A DNA stretch of 64,000 bases from positions 25,792,001 to 25,856,000 of the forward strand of contig CM022679.1 in NCBI GenBank assembly GCA_012295275.1, in the 5' to 3' direction. The notes under the pieces are model-generated. The model did no database searches, was not told where the DNA came from, and saw only the letters and a program-made list of their open reading frames with translations. Below, one piece after another: positions 13,565 to 26,269 of this stretch; the stretch's first letter is position 1, and every line of letters starts with the position of its first letter. A program made the translations under genes and the position numbers. This stretch comes from Chrysomallon squamiferum (Eukaryota; Animalia; Mollusca).

Positions 13565-13930
13565 TCTGAAGTGTATCTATATAATTATTTATAAACGTTT
13601 AATCTAGATAAATAAATCAAGAAAAACGTTTCATGTCGCATATCTGAATTATATTCATTGTCGGATCTACGTTGTTATAAACAGGTAGCAGTTCAACGGA
13701 AATAACATGTATAAATTCACATGACAGGTGTATTAAGTCTTTGTACGTATATTTTCCCGGGAAATCTACGATAGCAGTTACGCTGGATAGGTTTCTTTAT
13801 TAGCAGTGTCTCAGAGTTTAAAAAAAAAGAGACAAACTCTTTACGATTTAATTACATGATTGCTAAATAAATATCAGTGTTAATGAACAAGCCGAAGATC
13901 GGAGGAAAAGAAGAAATCGAGAAAAGATTA

Positions 13931-14046
13931 ATGGAAAGAATGAACTACATTAGAAATTTACCGTGGTTTATTGCAACTGCTTTTACATGGTTAGTGTTAA
14001 TTTTTTTTGGTTATTATTATTATCATCATCATCATCATCATTATCA

Positions 14047-14120
<74 letters not shown>

Positions 14121-17100
14121 TGTACTTTTATGATTTTAAAAAACAGGTGGAACAATGGTGCGGAATATGTTTTGGGAACTACTAAATTCTCCAAAAGATT
14201 CCGATCTCTGGAAATTGAGGTTCATAATAAAACAAACAGCGTCCTCCATTTAAAATCAAGTCATTTTGCAGAAGGAGAATGGTTTACTGGTCTCGAACCC
14301 GAAGAAATCGATCCAAATCAGAAAAGCTTTGGACGTGTCGCAAATCATCAACGTACATGGGAAGGTGTGAAAGGTGGTGTCGAGTTTGAAATAGAAAGCA
14401 CTGGGATGAACTTTTACACTGGGTTTGAGAATCCTTTTAAAGGTGACTACAAGTCTTTCATTGCTATTGATGAGAATAAATCAGCAAAGTGGGCTTGTGA
14501 GAAAAACAGTGAAGGTTCTAGTAAGACTGTGAAAGTTCAAGATTACGATCTGTCATGTTCCCCACAAAATCCAACAGAATCGGAGTTTAAGAAATTCGTT
14601 TTCACTATTAAAAAGGTCAGTTTAATATGCTTCCCCTACATGTATATATGTATAAACAAAAAGCAGTTTCTGGACTAATATAAAATTATTGAATGTTGTA
14701 ATAAATAAATAAATAAATAAATAAATAAAGATATTAATAAAAATTTAAAAAAAAGAAAAGAATCAACGACATTAGTTTTATAATTCAGACATTAGTTTTA
14801 TAAATCAAAAAATTAATAATGATGGTCTACATTTGCTAAGCCTGTTTTTTAATCAGGTATTTTAAACATTGTGCATAGTTATATACACACATACACCTCA
14901 AGTACCAAAACAGGAATCTCGAATTAATCAGTATGTTTCAACATTACATTGCAACTATTTTAATCAGTGTTACATGACCTCTAATAAAATAACTGAGATC
15001 TCTGTGTATATATGAAAATGAGTATTCTGTCGTTAAATTTATTGTGAGAAATAATAGGTTTAGTTTACGTCATTTTTATGAACTTGACAATTTTTTTAAT
15101 TTTACTTTTAATATACTTACTCTTGCTGTACTGTTGCTGAGTAACACTAATGTAATTAAGGTCTTATATTTTGAATTTCTGTGCTCTTAACAGGTTCAAA
15201 TGATCCATTAAAACAAAAGCTGTTTAATATATTAGTTTATTAACTGGAAAAAATATGTTAAAGAACTAAATATATAGATAGCCGTTATAACAACAACAAA
15301 CAGCACATAATAGTAATAATGAAATTTTATATTATTTATTGAAGAATGAATAAATCAATAAATTAATGATTAAAACAAACATAATATTATATACAGGATA
15401 TAGTATTTTTAAATATTATCAACAAAACTTCCTATGATCTATGTTACAAAAATAAATTCGTCGAACGTAAAACTGTTTTGGTGGAGCCACGCACCATTGC
15501 AGAAAATAAAACCGAAACCATCGTTTTGACACATTCTAGAGGATGTTTAGGAAAAGTGGCTGGTGGATTCAAATATACCATCTTAAAAGGACAAAAATTA
15601 ATCTTGTACATTGGTTTTCGTAAGACAAAAGTGAAAAGTCTTAGGACATTCATTGACATAAAGAACGATAAAACAGCTGAATGGGCCTGCAAAAAAGCAG
15701 TCAATAAACGCGAAACCAAAAAGAATCGTGGCTACACTTTGCTTGCTTCCACAGACTATAAAAACCAAACTTTCTATTACACTATTAAAAAGGTCGTAAG
15801 CAAAACTTATTTTCATTTTCTAACTTTATTTCAAATCATCATCAACATGATCTGTCGCGCGCGTTCCCCCGTGTTTGTGTGTGTGTGTTTCAATCACTCG
15901 GAAGAAATCTATTAGCATAGTACATAATAACTAATAATATTGTAAATTAATTTGATTACACTATGAAAGTATCCCTCTGACATTATGTTTAACAGTTTTA
16001 TGTTATTTAGAATACTACTTCTAATATAATAATAATAAGAAGAAGAAGAAGAAGAAAACCGATACCGAAAGCTACAAAATCTTTCATCAATTATAACTTT
16101 ATATTAATTTTTATCTCAACCTTTAAAGAAAAGTCCTGAACATGAGAAAATAATGTAACTATTTCTTTTTAGACTTGTCTGTATTAAAAAGCTATTTTTT
16201 AATTCTGCTGCGGGATATTTATTTCTAGAATATCATGTTTCAGTTATAATGAACTTAACGTTCGATTTTAACATTTATTTTATTTTTATTTATTATTATT
16301 ATTTAAATTAATTTTTATTTATTTATTAATACTTTTCTTGTTATTGAAAATAAAAAGAAAAAAAAACATGAAAAAAAACGATTTATTTCTCAAAATGAGT
16401 TTTAAAAGTGCATATTTATTATTTTACTTGCTTTATTATTATTATTATTATTATTTTTTTTTTTTTCAGCGTTCCACTGACCCTCAAACAGTACTTCCCA
16501 CGCAAGCAAGAGGCGGTACAGTCTACATCTAATCAATTTTAGCTAGATGGCTAGTTTCTAACATACAATAACTGCCAGAGAATCATTAGGCTAGAATTGG
16601 TAAAAACAGATGGGGGTTTTTATTTTTAAAAATCATCATTATAATATATATATTTAAAAAGTGACAAAATATTATTAGAAACCTTGATTTTAACTTAAAT
16701 ACTGCTGTGTTACTATGGCTGATCCATGGCTTATATTTCAGCTAACGTTTGTAGGGTACGGAACCCTTGGGTTTTAACTCCAGCTGAGCTATTGGTTTCA
16801 GTTTTTATATAGTTGGTTATAGGTTATTGTTTATTTGGCCTGTTGGTTTTAAGCTAATTGTATAGAGATACATGTTACTGGAATATTTGGTTTCAACTTT
16901 AATGTGATTGTTTGCACGAAGCTGAATTCTTTTTTATTTATGTTTACATGTTATTGGAAACTTCAATTTTATATCATATAAGCATGTATTTTTATACAGT
17001 AGTGGCAACTTCTTGCCATATCTAGTAATTTCCAGATAATTACTTGGCATTTATCCTGTATTCGGGATAAAAGTATGTAGAAATTACTAACAGTTTTTCA

Positions 17101-18486
17101 GTGGTAGAAAAAGATAATAAGACTTTAATTATTACCGGACACCTTGATTTTAACTTTAATGTGTCCACTAAGGAACCCTTGTTTTTTTCAGAATTTTGAT
17201 TCTTGTTTACCAATGAAAAATAAATTTGTATACTTCTGTATCATTTATTATAAATGACAGATCTCTTAACATAATTACAGGTGGCCGAGGAGGACTCAGG
17301 GGAGGAAGAGGAGGGGACAGGGGTGGAAGAGGTGGAGGTTCCCTGAGCAGAAGGAGAGGAGACAACAGAGGTGATGGTGATATTAATTCTAGAAAAGCCT
17401 TTGACTGAAAACAGTTTTATTTTGCAAAACTCTGACTTCAAAAGATCTTTGTTTATTCTGCTTCTTCTTTTTCTTTTTTTGGGGCTTTTTCTTACTTTTT
17501 TTTTTTTTTTTAAAACTTTAAGCTTCGGGATTTTTATGAATTTTTGTTTTTCTTCTTGTTTATCAATGAAAAATAAATTTGTATATTTCTGTATCATTTA
17601 TTATAAATGACAGATCTCTTAACATAATTACGGGTGGCCGAGGAGGACTCAGGGGAGGAAGAGGAGGGGACAGGGGTGGGAGAGGTGGAGGTTCCCTGGG
17701 CAGAGGGAGAGGAGACAACAACAGAGGTGATGGTGATATTAATTCTAGAAAAAACCTGGTATAACTGAAAACAGTTTTATTTTGAGAAACTCTGACTTCA
17801 AAACATCTTTGTTTATTCTGGGGGTTTTTTGGTGTGTGTTTTTTTTTTTTTTTTTTTTTTTTTTTGTAAAACAGATGTACCCGTGTTTTGGGGTTTTTTT
17901 AAATGAATTTTTGTTTGTTTTTCTTCTTGTGTATCAATGAAAAATAAATTTGTATATTTCTGTATCATTTATTATAAATGACAGATCTCTTAACATAATT
18001 ACAGGTGGCCGAGGAGGACTCAGGGGAGGAAGAGGAGGAGACAGGGGTGGGAGAGGAAGAGGAGGACTCAGGGGAGGAAGAGGAGGAGACAGGGGAGGGG
18101 GAGGAAGAGGAGGACTCAGGGGAGGAAGAGGAGGAGACAGGGGAGGGGGAGGAAGAGGAGGGGAAAGGGGAGGAAAAGGAGGACTCAGGGGAGGAAGAGG
18201 AGGGGAAAGGGGAGGGGGAGGAAGAGGAGGGGAAAGGGGAGGAAAAGGAGGACTCAGGGGAGGAAGAGGAGGGGAAAGGGGAGGAAGAGGAGGGGAAAGG
18301 GGAGGGGGAGGAAGAGGAGGACTCAGGGGAGGAAGAGGAGGGGAAAGGGGAGGGGGAGGAAGAGGAGGACTCAGGGGAGGAAGAGGAGGGGACAGGGATG
18401 GTAGAGGTGGAGGTTTTCGGGGCAGAGGGAGAGGAGACAACAACAGAGGAGGAGGAGATTTTAATTCTACAAAAAGCTTTCACTGA
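13931..18486 (+). CDS. Chimeric gene B: two beta-sandwich domains plus GAR1-derived linker and RGG tail; exons 13931-13989, 14147-14615, 15397-15795, 16470-16515, then 17281-17408 (~366 aa) or 18005-18486 (~484 aa)
   Basis: Domain exons are the same size as in copy A (469 and 399 nt). Exon 16470-16515 ([16 protein letters not shown]) ends in the GAR1 donor G|GTACAGTCTAC (phase 1) and joins in frame to ACAG|GTGGCCGAGGAGG terminal exons. GAR1-like 3'UTR follows 18486. An upstream in-frame ATG exists at 13883. Confidence 0.75.
14011..14120. repeat. (TAT)n/(CAT)n microsatellite in intron 1 of gene B
   Basis: Seen directly. Confidence 0.98.
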
Positions 18487-20461
18487 AGAAAAGTCTGTTA
18501 TTTTTTATTTCTCATTGAAAACAGTTTTACTTTGAGAAACTCAAAAGATGAAAAGATGTGGAGCAATTTCGTTTATGAAAATGAAGAGTGCCTGTCATAT
18601 TCCGTTTTGCCTGCTAAAAAGTCGAGCATCTCAGTGAAAATGGATTGGCACAGTTGACTTAATGTGTAAGAAGAAGTTCTCTGCTGGAAAAGTATTTTCA
18701 CAAATTTTGAACCTGTTTTCACTGATGAGAAGAAATCATGCTGCCACAAATAAGAAAATTAAAAGAAATATTCTCTTGTTGGTGCTGTGAGAGAAAAAAA
18801 AATTGTGTTCTTTGCATCATGCATCTTTAAAAAAATCTTCTTTTATTAGCTGATAAAATGTCTTAAGAACTGTATTTACATTTCTGGGAGGCCAAAGCCC
18901 AAGTAAAAATTTCTTAATTAATGTCTAAATCATGTGCAGATTAATGTTGGATTGACAAAATGAAACTGTTGGAACATCTAAGAAAAGTTAGATAAATTTA
19001 TATATTTATCAAATGAAATATTTAGTAATAAAACATCAAGTAAGAAAAACCTGTTTCTAATTTTATTTATTATTTTTTCACATTTTACATATTGCAATTT
19101 GTATTTTTAACAGTGTATTCATGAATTTTTGTTGTTAGGTAATTTATTTTAACATTCTAAAAATAATTTAGTTTTTTTTTTTTAATGGCAGAAATTTTAA
19201 TTTTTATAATCATGGTTTGTATGGATCCAGTTTGTTAGAGATAAAAAAGAAAAACATGAAACATTGTTAATTATTACCATCAATAAACTGTATGGAAGGT
19301 CTTCAGTTGTTTGTTTTCATTGTTGTATTTGTTTTTCATGAACATGTGTATTAGTTATTATTATTCAAATCTGTTTTGGATGTCGTGGGAAGAAAAATGT
19401 ATTAAATGAACAGTAACTCGAGGGTGATGGTGTACTGTAATACTGAAAGGCTAGTTCATAATCTAAAATAACACTGGATGCAGAATCAAACTAACTTTCA
19501 GTTACCTAGATATTGAATGTCAATTTTGGAAAATTCCTTTATAAAAATACCTTGATTGCCAGCCATTTTAAAAAGTCCCTTTTCCATTAAATTTGTGTTA
19601 AAAATAAGCAAAAAAGTAGACTAAAAGATTAGCAGCAAAGAGTTTTTTTCATATTTGTTTTAGAGATGGTGACAAATAAGACTGTCATAATCTTTAATGA
19701 ATCTTTAATATGGACATACATGGGATCGATCACACAAACTGTTGTATGTCAGTTCATTAACTATGTACTACATATCATTTTATACGCTCATTTAACAACA
19801 TGTATGACCAATGCAAGAGGACTGCCACACTAGCAAGTTGCTAGGTTATCTGCATCAGTATTGTCCCAGTCATCTTGCTTAAAAAAAACCACAGAATAAT
19901 AATAATAAGAAGAAGAAGAAGTAGAAGAAGAAGAAAGAAAATATTTGCCAAAATATATACAATGTGTAATGAGACAAATTCAAGTAATATTGCTTACATG
20001 ACAGCTGAAGTTTCCCTGTTGACATCTGATATTGATATCAGCATGACTGCAGAAATATTTAATACATTTTAGTAATATACGTTTTTAAATTAATCAAACT
20101 GATATTTTTGCTTATACAGATCACGAATGATATCTTTAAATTTAACGTTTGTCTTTATAAATGGGAAATACGATGCTATTTAAGCCCATTTTTAAATCCA
20201 ATAATCAATTCCTTTGTACCCCGTTTAAAATATAACATTCTCCATCTCTCTGTTTTCAAAACTTAGTGCTGCTTGATAGCTTTGTTATTTGTTGTTTGCT
20301 AATTCTACCCAAGATCGTTCTGTTAGATCCCTCATAACAACGATGTTTTAGCCATGACATGAACCATATAATGCAGTATTATCGAGTCTTTTGATAAAAT
20401 GCAGGCGTTGTGTTGGTGCTTGTCTTGGCAAATTGTTTCTTGACAAACAGCTCTGGTTTAA
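16460..20461 (+). repeat. Segmental duplicate of the GAR1 3' half and downstream DNA (~56000-58987)
   Basis: Shared intron 5 (ACTATGGCTGATCCATGGCTTATATTTC), 3'UTR (GAGAAACTCAAAAGATGAAAAGATGTGGAGCAATTTCG) and downstream blocks in the same order. Confidence 0.95.
17200..18486 (+). repeat. Three tandem copies of the GAR1 terminal RGG exon (17281-17408, 17634-17764, 18005-18486); the third has an in-frame GA-rich repeat expansion
   Basis: Each unit is preceded by ATCATTTATTATAAATGACAGATCTCTTAACATAATTAC. The acceptor is AG in copies 1 and 3 but GG in copy 2. Confidence 0.9.
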
Positions 20462-23400
20462 GTGATATACACAGTGGATTAATTTGCTCTAAATTCTTTT
20501 CTGAAAGAATAATAAAACTATCAATCTGCCAAATTTATTGTGTTTTATAAGAATAAATCAGCTAATACTGATAGCAAGAATAATTCAGTTGATTATAAAA
20601 ATAATGAAGGCAGCATCAATAGCCATTTCAGTAATTAGCAAATGCAGCAATACACAATTAAAATCAGGAGGTAATTTCAATAATTGTCAGTAAACTCTTT
20701 AAATAATTAATTTTGTGTCAGTGAATAGTTCTGGTGATGTCAAGGACTGTTTGAATATATCTCATCAGACTAACAGTTTGATCTAATTTTTTATTTAAAC
20801 ACTTACCATTCCACAAACTTCCATACTTTCAAATCTGACTGAAACTTTATTTTGGTTAGAATTAGTATTTGTCTTGAAATTCCATGACATATGCACACAG
20901 TCAGCATAAGTTTTTGATTCAAAGTCTTACTATGATTAGTTCTTTTGCTGCTTGTTCAAACATAAAACTATCTATGCTTACATCTGTTATCAAAACCAAC
21001 AAGTTTGTCCTTTCCATCATCAAAAACATTTTATTTACTTTTTTAATTTATTGTTTTTAAATCATTAGTTAGCAACAAGGCTCAAAGAAAAATTACAAAA
21101 TTTCCCATAAATTACAAAATATGTTTTCATAACCTTAAATATATTCATAATCTGAATAAATAAGTATGTAGAACAAGTGAACATACAATGATGTTAATGT
21201 AATAATTCATTTTACTAATTCAGTTGTTGTAAAAAGAAGACTATAAATTTGTATAATGCATAAAAGTTTTGTTACTGGGAAATACATACCCTTGTGTTGT
21301 TGATGCTGTTACACTAACTACCATGATTGTTGCTGGGGTAAGGATATCTTGAAGGAAAGTATTCTTTTTGGAATTTGTAAAAATGTCATTTCCCAGTTTC
21401 TGAAATAAAAATAACATAAAGAAACAATTACTGGTGAAAAAACAAAACAAAAAAAAACAAAAAACAAATGCTATTCAAATGACTTTAAGAAGAAAATGAT
21501 TTGTTATTTATATTAATTAATAACATTGTAGCATTTATTTAACTCTTACAAATTTCATATTTGTATAAACAGTGAGGGAAAAAAGAAATTACTTTATGTA
21601 GAAACAGAGAATGCAATATATACAATATGCTTTAAATTATGAATGAAAAACTGATAAAATACCTTCACTGTGTATATATATTCCATAGATGTCTGAACCA
21701 AAGATTCTAATTCTGGAAAACATTTAGAATACAGATCTTGTGTGAACTTGCGAATTACATTTGAAAAAAGAAGAAAATGAAAACAACAATATTAATTAAC
21801 AAAATAATATCGTTAACATCAAAATGATAAATCAAATATTTATACAGTTCAGTATTCTATAAATATGATTATGCTATCAATCCCAAATTCAAATCTGATA
21901 ATGTGTATTTTATAATTTTTTGCCACATCAACCATGACCCTTGATGTATGATTGTGTTTCTTCTATACCTAAGGTAGAAACAAGCTTTAGAAACAATGAA
22001 AAATAGGGTAAATAATGACTAGATAGAAATTGATTTGTCTGGGACTGAGATAGTATATATGTCTGCTAACAAAGCACATACTTTCAGAAGTGTTTAAGTA
22101 CTTCTCAGGTAACAGATAATAAGGTGTTATGACTTTTATAACAGATCATGGAGCACTGTGGATTTATAGCCATCAGATGGGAGATAATTAATCAACATGT
22201 ACTGAGCATTATTTCTAAATCTTTGCATATCCTTGTTGATTACAAACATGTTAAATATCAACAGTTCATCTAGTATTTTTGTACTGATTTAAAACTCATT
22301 ATCTGATATTGTCAATAAAAAAAAATGTCCAGCTGTGTGGATAATTTTTATTCTGAACTTGGATAAATACTTTTTATTTACAGTGAATCCTACATTAAAT
22401 TCCAAAACACAGAGTTATTTTAATAAGCCTGATATCCAAAACTGAAAATGAAAGATAAAAAAAATATATATCACCAAATGACAATTGAAAGTTGAAAAGA
22501 AAAGAAGAAGACTATTATAGAGCAATTTATTATTTGTGATGCAAGCAACAAATCTTTATCTGGTGTTTGAAGAAACTCACTAATTTCATTGTCAATCTCT
22601 ACAGTCAACATGTCCTCAGGATCAGCTTCGACAGGTTCAGGAACTGAAAAACTAAAAGAAAACAAATAAATACATACATAATTTCTTTTTATTATTCTTC
22701 AGTGTCTATAAACTGTTTTTGTTTCATGAAAAGAATAAAGCTATCTTATTTATATTTAATGTTGTGTACTAATACATGGTTCACATGATGGGCAACACGG
22801 GCAAAAAACTTGACATACTGTACTGTGCTTTACTTTAAATCCACAGTGTTCTGTTATTTCTGTCAAATTATATTTATTAATAAATCATGTAATCAACTGT
22901 ATGAATACCTGCAAAAATGCATTTTGATTAGAAGTTAAGAATAAGCTCAGGCATACAATCAGATGAAACCTCGCATGAATCCTATAATATCAGTTTACTT
23001 TTCAGAATAATGTATTAAGAAAGCAGACAATGTCCATTAACCTACCACTGTCTCTTCTTGAAGTCTTCGAGTATTTCCATACATTGCCTGTGATCTTAGG
23101 CAGCTGAACAAAATGGGAGAAAAAAGAAAAAATAATGCATAAAATATATTTAATATTATTATCATTAAAAGTGTTATAATCTAAAAAGAAGTTTTAATTC
23201 TAAAACCATATACATCTATATGTTCCTGTGAAGACTGAAGGACCTGTTTTGTCCTCTGTATTATATTTATAGTATTTACTCATTTCAGCAAACCTATAGT
23301 TGAATCAATAAATCATTATTATAATGAATTTATATGTATCTGTCTTACAGACTGTTTTCACCTCTTTACTGTCTCTCAGCTTGTCCACACAGCTGACTGA

Positions 23401-23501
23401 GGAGTACTGTTTATCCAGATCCACGTAACCTCTTCCACATTGGCAATCTCAGCCTGAACCTCTTCTTCATCTTGTTCAACATCTTCACCCCCTTCCTCTT
23501 T
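20462..23501 (-). pseudogene. PRPF31: PRPF31 (U4/U6 snRNP Prp31) partial unprocessed pseudogene, N-terminal exons
   Basis: Exons translate to PVEADPE..TVEIDNEI, VIRKFTQDLYSKCFPELESLVQ and KLGNDI...LQDILTPATIMVVSVTASTTQG, matching Prp31 (GPVEAAPEY..TVEIENEL, YSKRFPELESLV, ILTNATIMVVSVTASTTQG). Frameshifts, a deletion and a mutated acceptor are present. Confidence 0.9.
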
Positions 23502-24045
23502 CTGAAATAAAGTGAACATTAAAATACTCATTTAAATAAATACAAGATATATTACTTGACATACTGGCAGGAATGACATAATTTAATATAAATAATAAAC
23601 AAATGATATTCCATCAAGATAATATTTATGGTTAAAATTATTTCCATTGCATGTCAATCCATTATATTCAGATAAAATGCTAAAAGTGAAGTTCGTTATG
23701 TTTGCTTTAGATGTCATAAATTAAAATAAAATATTAAACCTGAACGTATCAATCATTCAATGAGTTTTAACTTAATAACAACAGTAATACTATTTATAAT
23801 AAAGTCTGATATTATATAATAATATCTATAATCAGTTTGTATTTTGTGAATGCTTTTTATACTGAAGAAAGAAACTAAAATTACGAAGATAATCATAATA
23901 ATATAAAAGTTAACACAAGCTAAAAATTTCAAGTTTGATAATCTCTCGGGACTGAATCATTGCAAAAGCATATACTATATATTCATAATATTGTGATGAA
24001 TATCTTTTCTAAATTTTGTAACTCGGTCTTTGAGCTTGAGTGCAT
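20510..24045 (+). repeat. Segmental duplicate of ~39525-43148 (PRPF31 pseudogene block)
   Basis: Colinear, near-identical stretches, e.g. 22980-24045 vs 42094-43148. Confidence 0.95.
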
Positions 24046-24273
24046 GTATGATAAACCTGTGAATCTGCACAAGTAAGTCATGTAACACTCAACACACGTG
24101 AAGTATTGGAAGATCGTCTTACAGTTAACGTGTGCAGCAGTACAAAGACATCAGTTTTTGTTTTCAGATTACAAGGCAATAGACTCAGAGCGTGATCCAA
24201 CTCTAAATACGAAACCAATATACATTTCACAGTTTTTGTTTTATATATATAAAGACTAAATCCAAAGATAATC

Positions 24274-24351
<78 letters not shown>

Positions 24352-26269
24352 TTTTGTTTTTGTTTTATTTAGTTAATAAGTCTGTTGAGATTATGAGTTA
24401 CTACACACACCAAAGTTTTTATTTTGAAATCACTAATATCAGGGAATCAATAAGAGATCACATGTGGTTTGTAGCTGAAAATACAAAGAATTAACATGCA
24501 ATTTCTGATTTAACAGTCCTACTGCTTCCATCAGTAAATGTTCTTTCATAAAAAAGTTGTTCAACATTTTCTTCAAAATAATCATGTCTTTGTTCTGAAA
24601 TAAACATCCTTGGTAAGCATAGAGCAAATACAAGGAGCCTGTTTCTTGTCATGAAGACTGGGATCAGTGACAGAGGTTGACTGGAAATTCACTGACACAT
24701 TATGAATTACCTTAGTCAGTAGCTTCAGGAATATTAATTATGTCAAATTAATTTAGTATCAAAATGTACATTTCTGTTAAACATTTTCAAACAACGTCAA
24801 ACTAATCAGTTTAGTAAACTGTCCATTTTAAAAGATTATAAACTTTATTATTCAGTAGAAGCAAAGAGTTTGCATTGTAAGTATTTAATATTTTTCCACT
24901 AATATTTCCATAAAATTCTGTTTTTCATAATGAATTAACCTTTGTTGATCACTCTTCAATATATCAAATATATTGATTATATACAATAAAATATTTATGT
25001 TAAATCGTTATGATTAACCAAATTTTATATTTCTTCCATAGAAATAACCTCCAGCAAATGTTTAGTCATAATGAATTCCATGAGCTTTCAATTTCATAGA
25101 ACACTGCTAAGTAATTGTTTGTTAAAGTAACTGTACTATTACAACCTAGAATCAGATCAAAATTATTAAATAATGTTATAAGACTAAAAAAACATAACCG
25201 TCTCTTGAATTAATCATTTAATGCCAAATGTATTATAATCAGACTGCAAACTCATAACAGTGTATTTCAGAGAAATGCTTGGTCAGAATTTAACAAACAA
25301 CTATGCAGACTGTACTTAAAAAGCCAACCTGAGATTTGAAAGATTACATGGTCAATCCTTCTCGAAGCACCAGTTTAGCTACTTTCAGTCTTTGCCATAT
25401 GACAAGTTTATCAGTCTGTTTCTTTCCAATCTATGGGACGTTGCTTCCAAAAGATACATTACTGCTAACTGAAATGAATAATCCATATTATCATAAGCTC
25501 ACAAGGAATAAGGTTTGTGTTTACATATATCATCATTACCGAGGAACATATAAGAACATTTTAATCTAGTGGAACATAATTGCAACATACTCTTAATGTG
25601 ATTAGTAATGAATTTTATTTATATTCAATTTTAATTATTTGATATTACCGTCTCCACTAATTCATCCATCACTCTTTTGAAAGCTGCTAATGGCATACAA
25701 TTAGCTTTATTGCTTATGTGATATGACTTCCAAACATATTCATTAATTTCTGTCACAGCCAGAACAGATCAAATAACCCGTTTTGGATGCCTCACGTTTG
25801 AAACAAAACTAGGATTCATGATATACAGTTTAATACATAATATTAAATAATAAATATATATAGTTATATACTATAGCATGTGTACACTATTTTTGTTGTT
25901 GCTATTGTTGTAACAGTGCAGTTTAGCTGTATCGCTTGTTAACCACAGCTTTGTCGTATGTTCCAGTTATTTGATGTAATACTCGGAAAAGATGTGACTG
26001 ACTATTTATTACAGTTACTACTAGTAGTAGTAGTACTTGTTTCCATTTAAGAAAGACAAGAACTATTAATTTAATAATTATAATAGACAGTAAAAAGTCT
26101 TTCGTTTATTTATTTATTTATTATTATTATTATTATTCTACCCTTATTGTTAAAGTAACAAATAATCAAAGAGGCAAAATCGGCAAAATCAACAAAATCA
26201 ACAAAATCCTCTCTTTAAATTTCGAAATATACTGATTGCAACTGAAATGTTTGCTGGTTTCAACACAAA

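Larger units (their letters stand above)
5170..16520 (+). repeat. Tandem duplication of the chimeric gene unit: ~5170-8250 vs ~13520-16520
   Basis: Promoter, exons and introns are colinear and highly similar. Confidence 0.95.

Noticed and set aside
14007-14146. Poly-Ile N-terminus of the 223-aa ORF as a signal or transmembrane segment
   Set aside because: It is an intronic (ATT)n microsatellite; the exon starts at 14147.
17200-18000. Regularly spaced repeats as a CRISPR-like array
   Set aside because: Units are ~350-370-nt duplicated exon-plus-intron blocks in a eukaryotic gene, with no unique spacers or cas genes.
18005-18535. Glu-rich ORF ([11 protein letters not shown]...) and antisense Pro/Ser-rich ORFs over the RGG exon; likewise at 56597-57081
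   Set aside because: Alternative frames of a GA-rich RGG repeat that lack stops by composition; splice phase and GAR1 homology identify the RGG frame.
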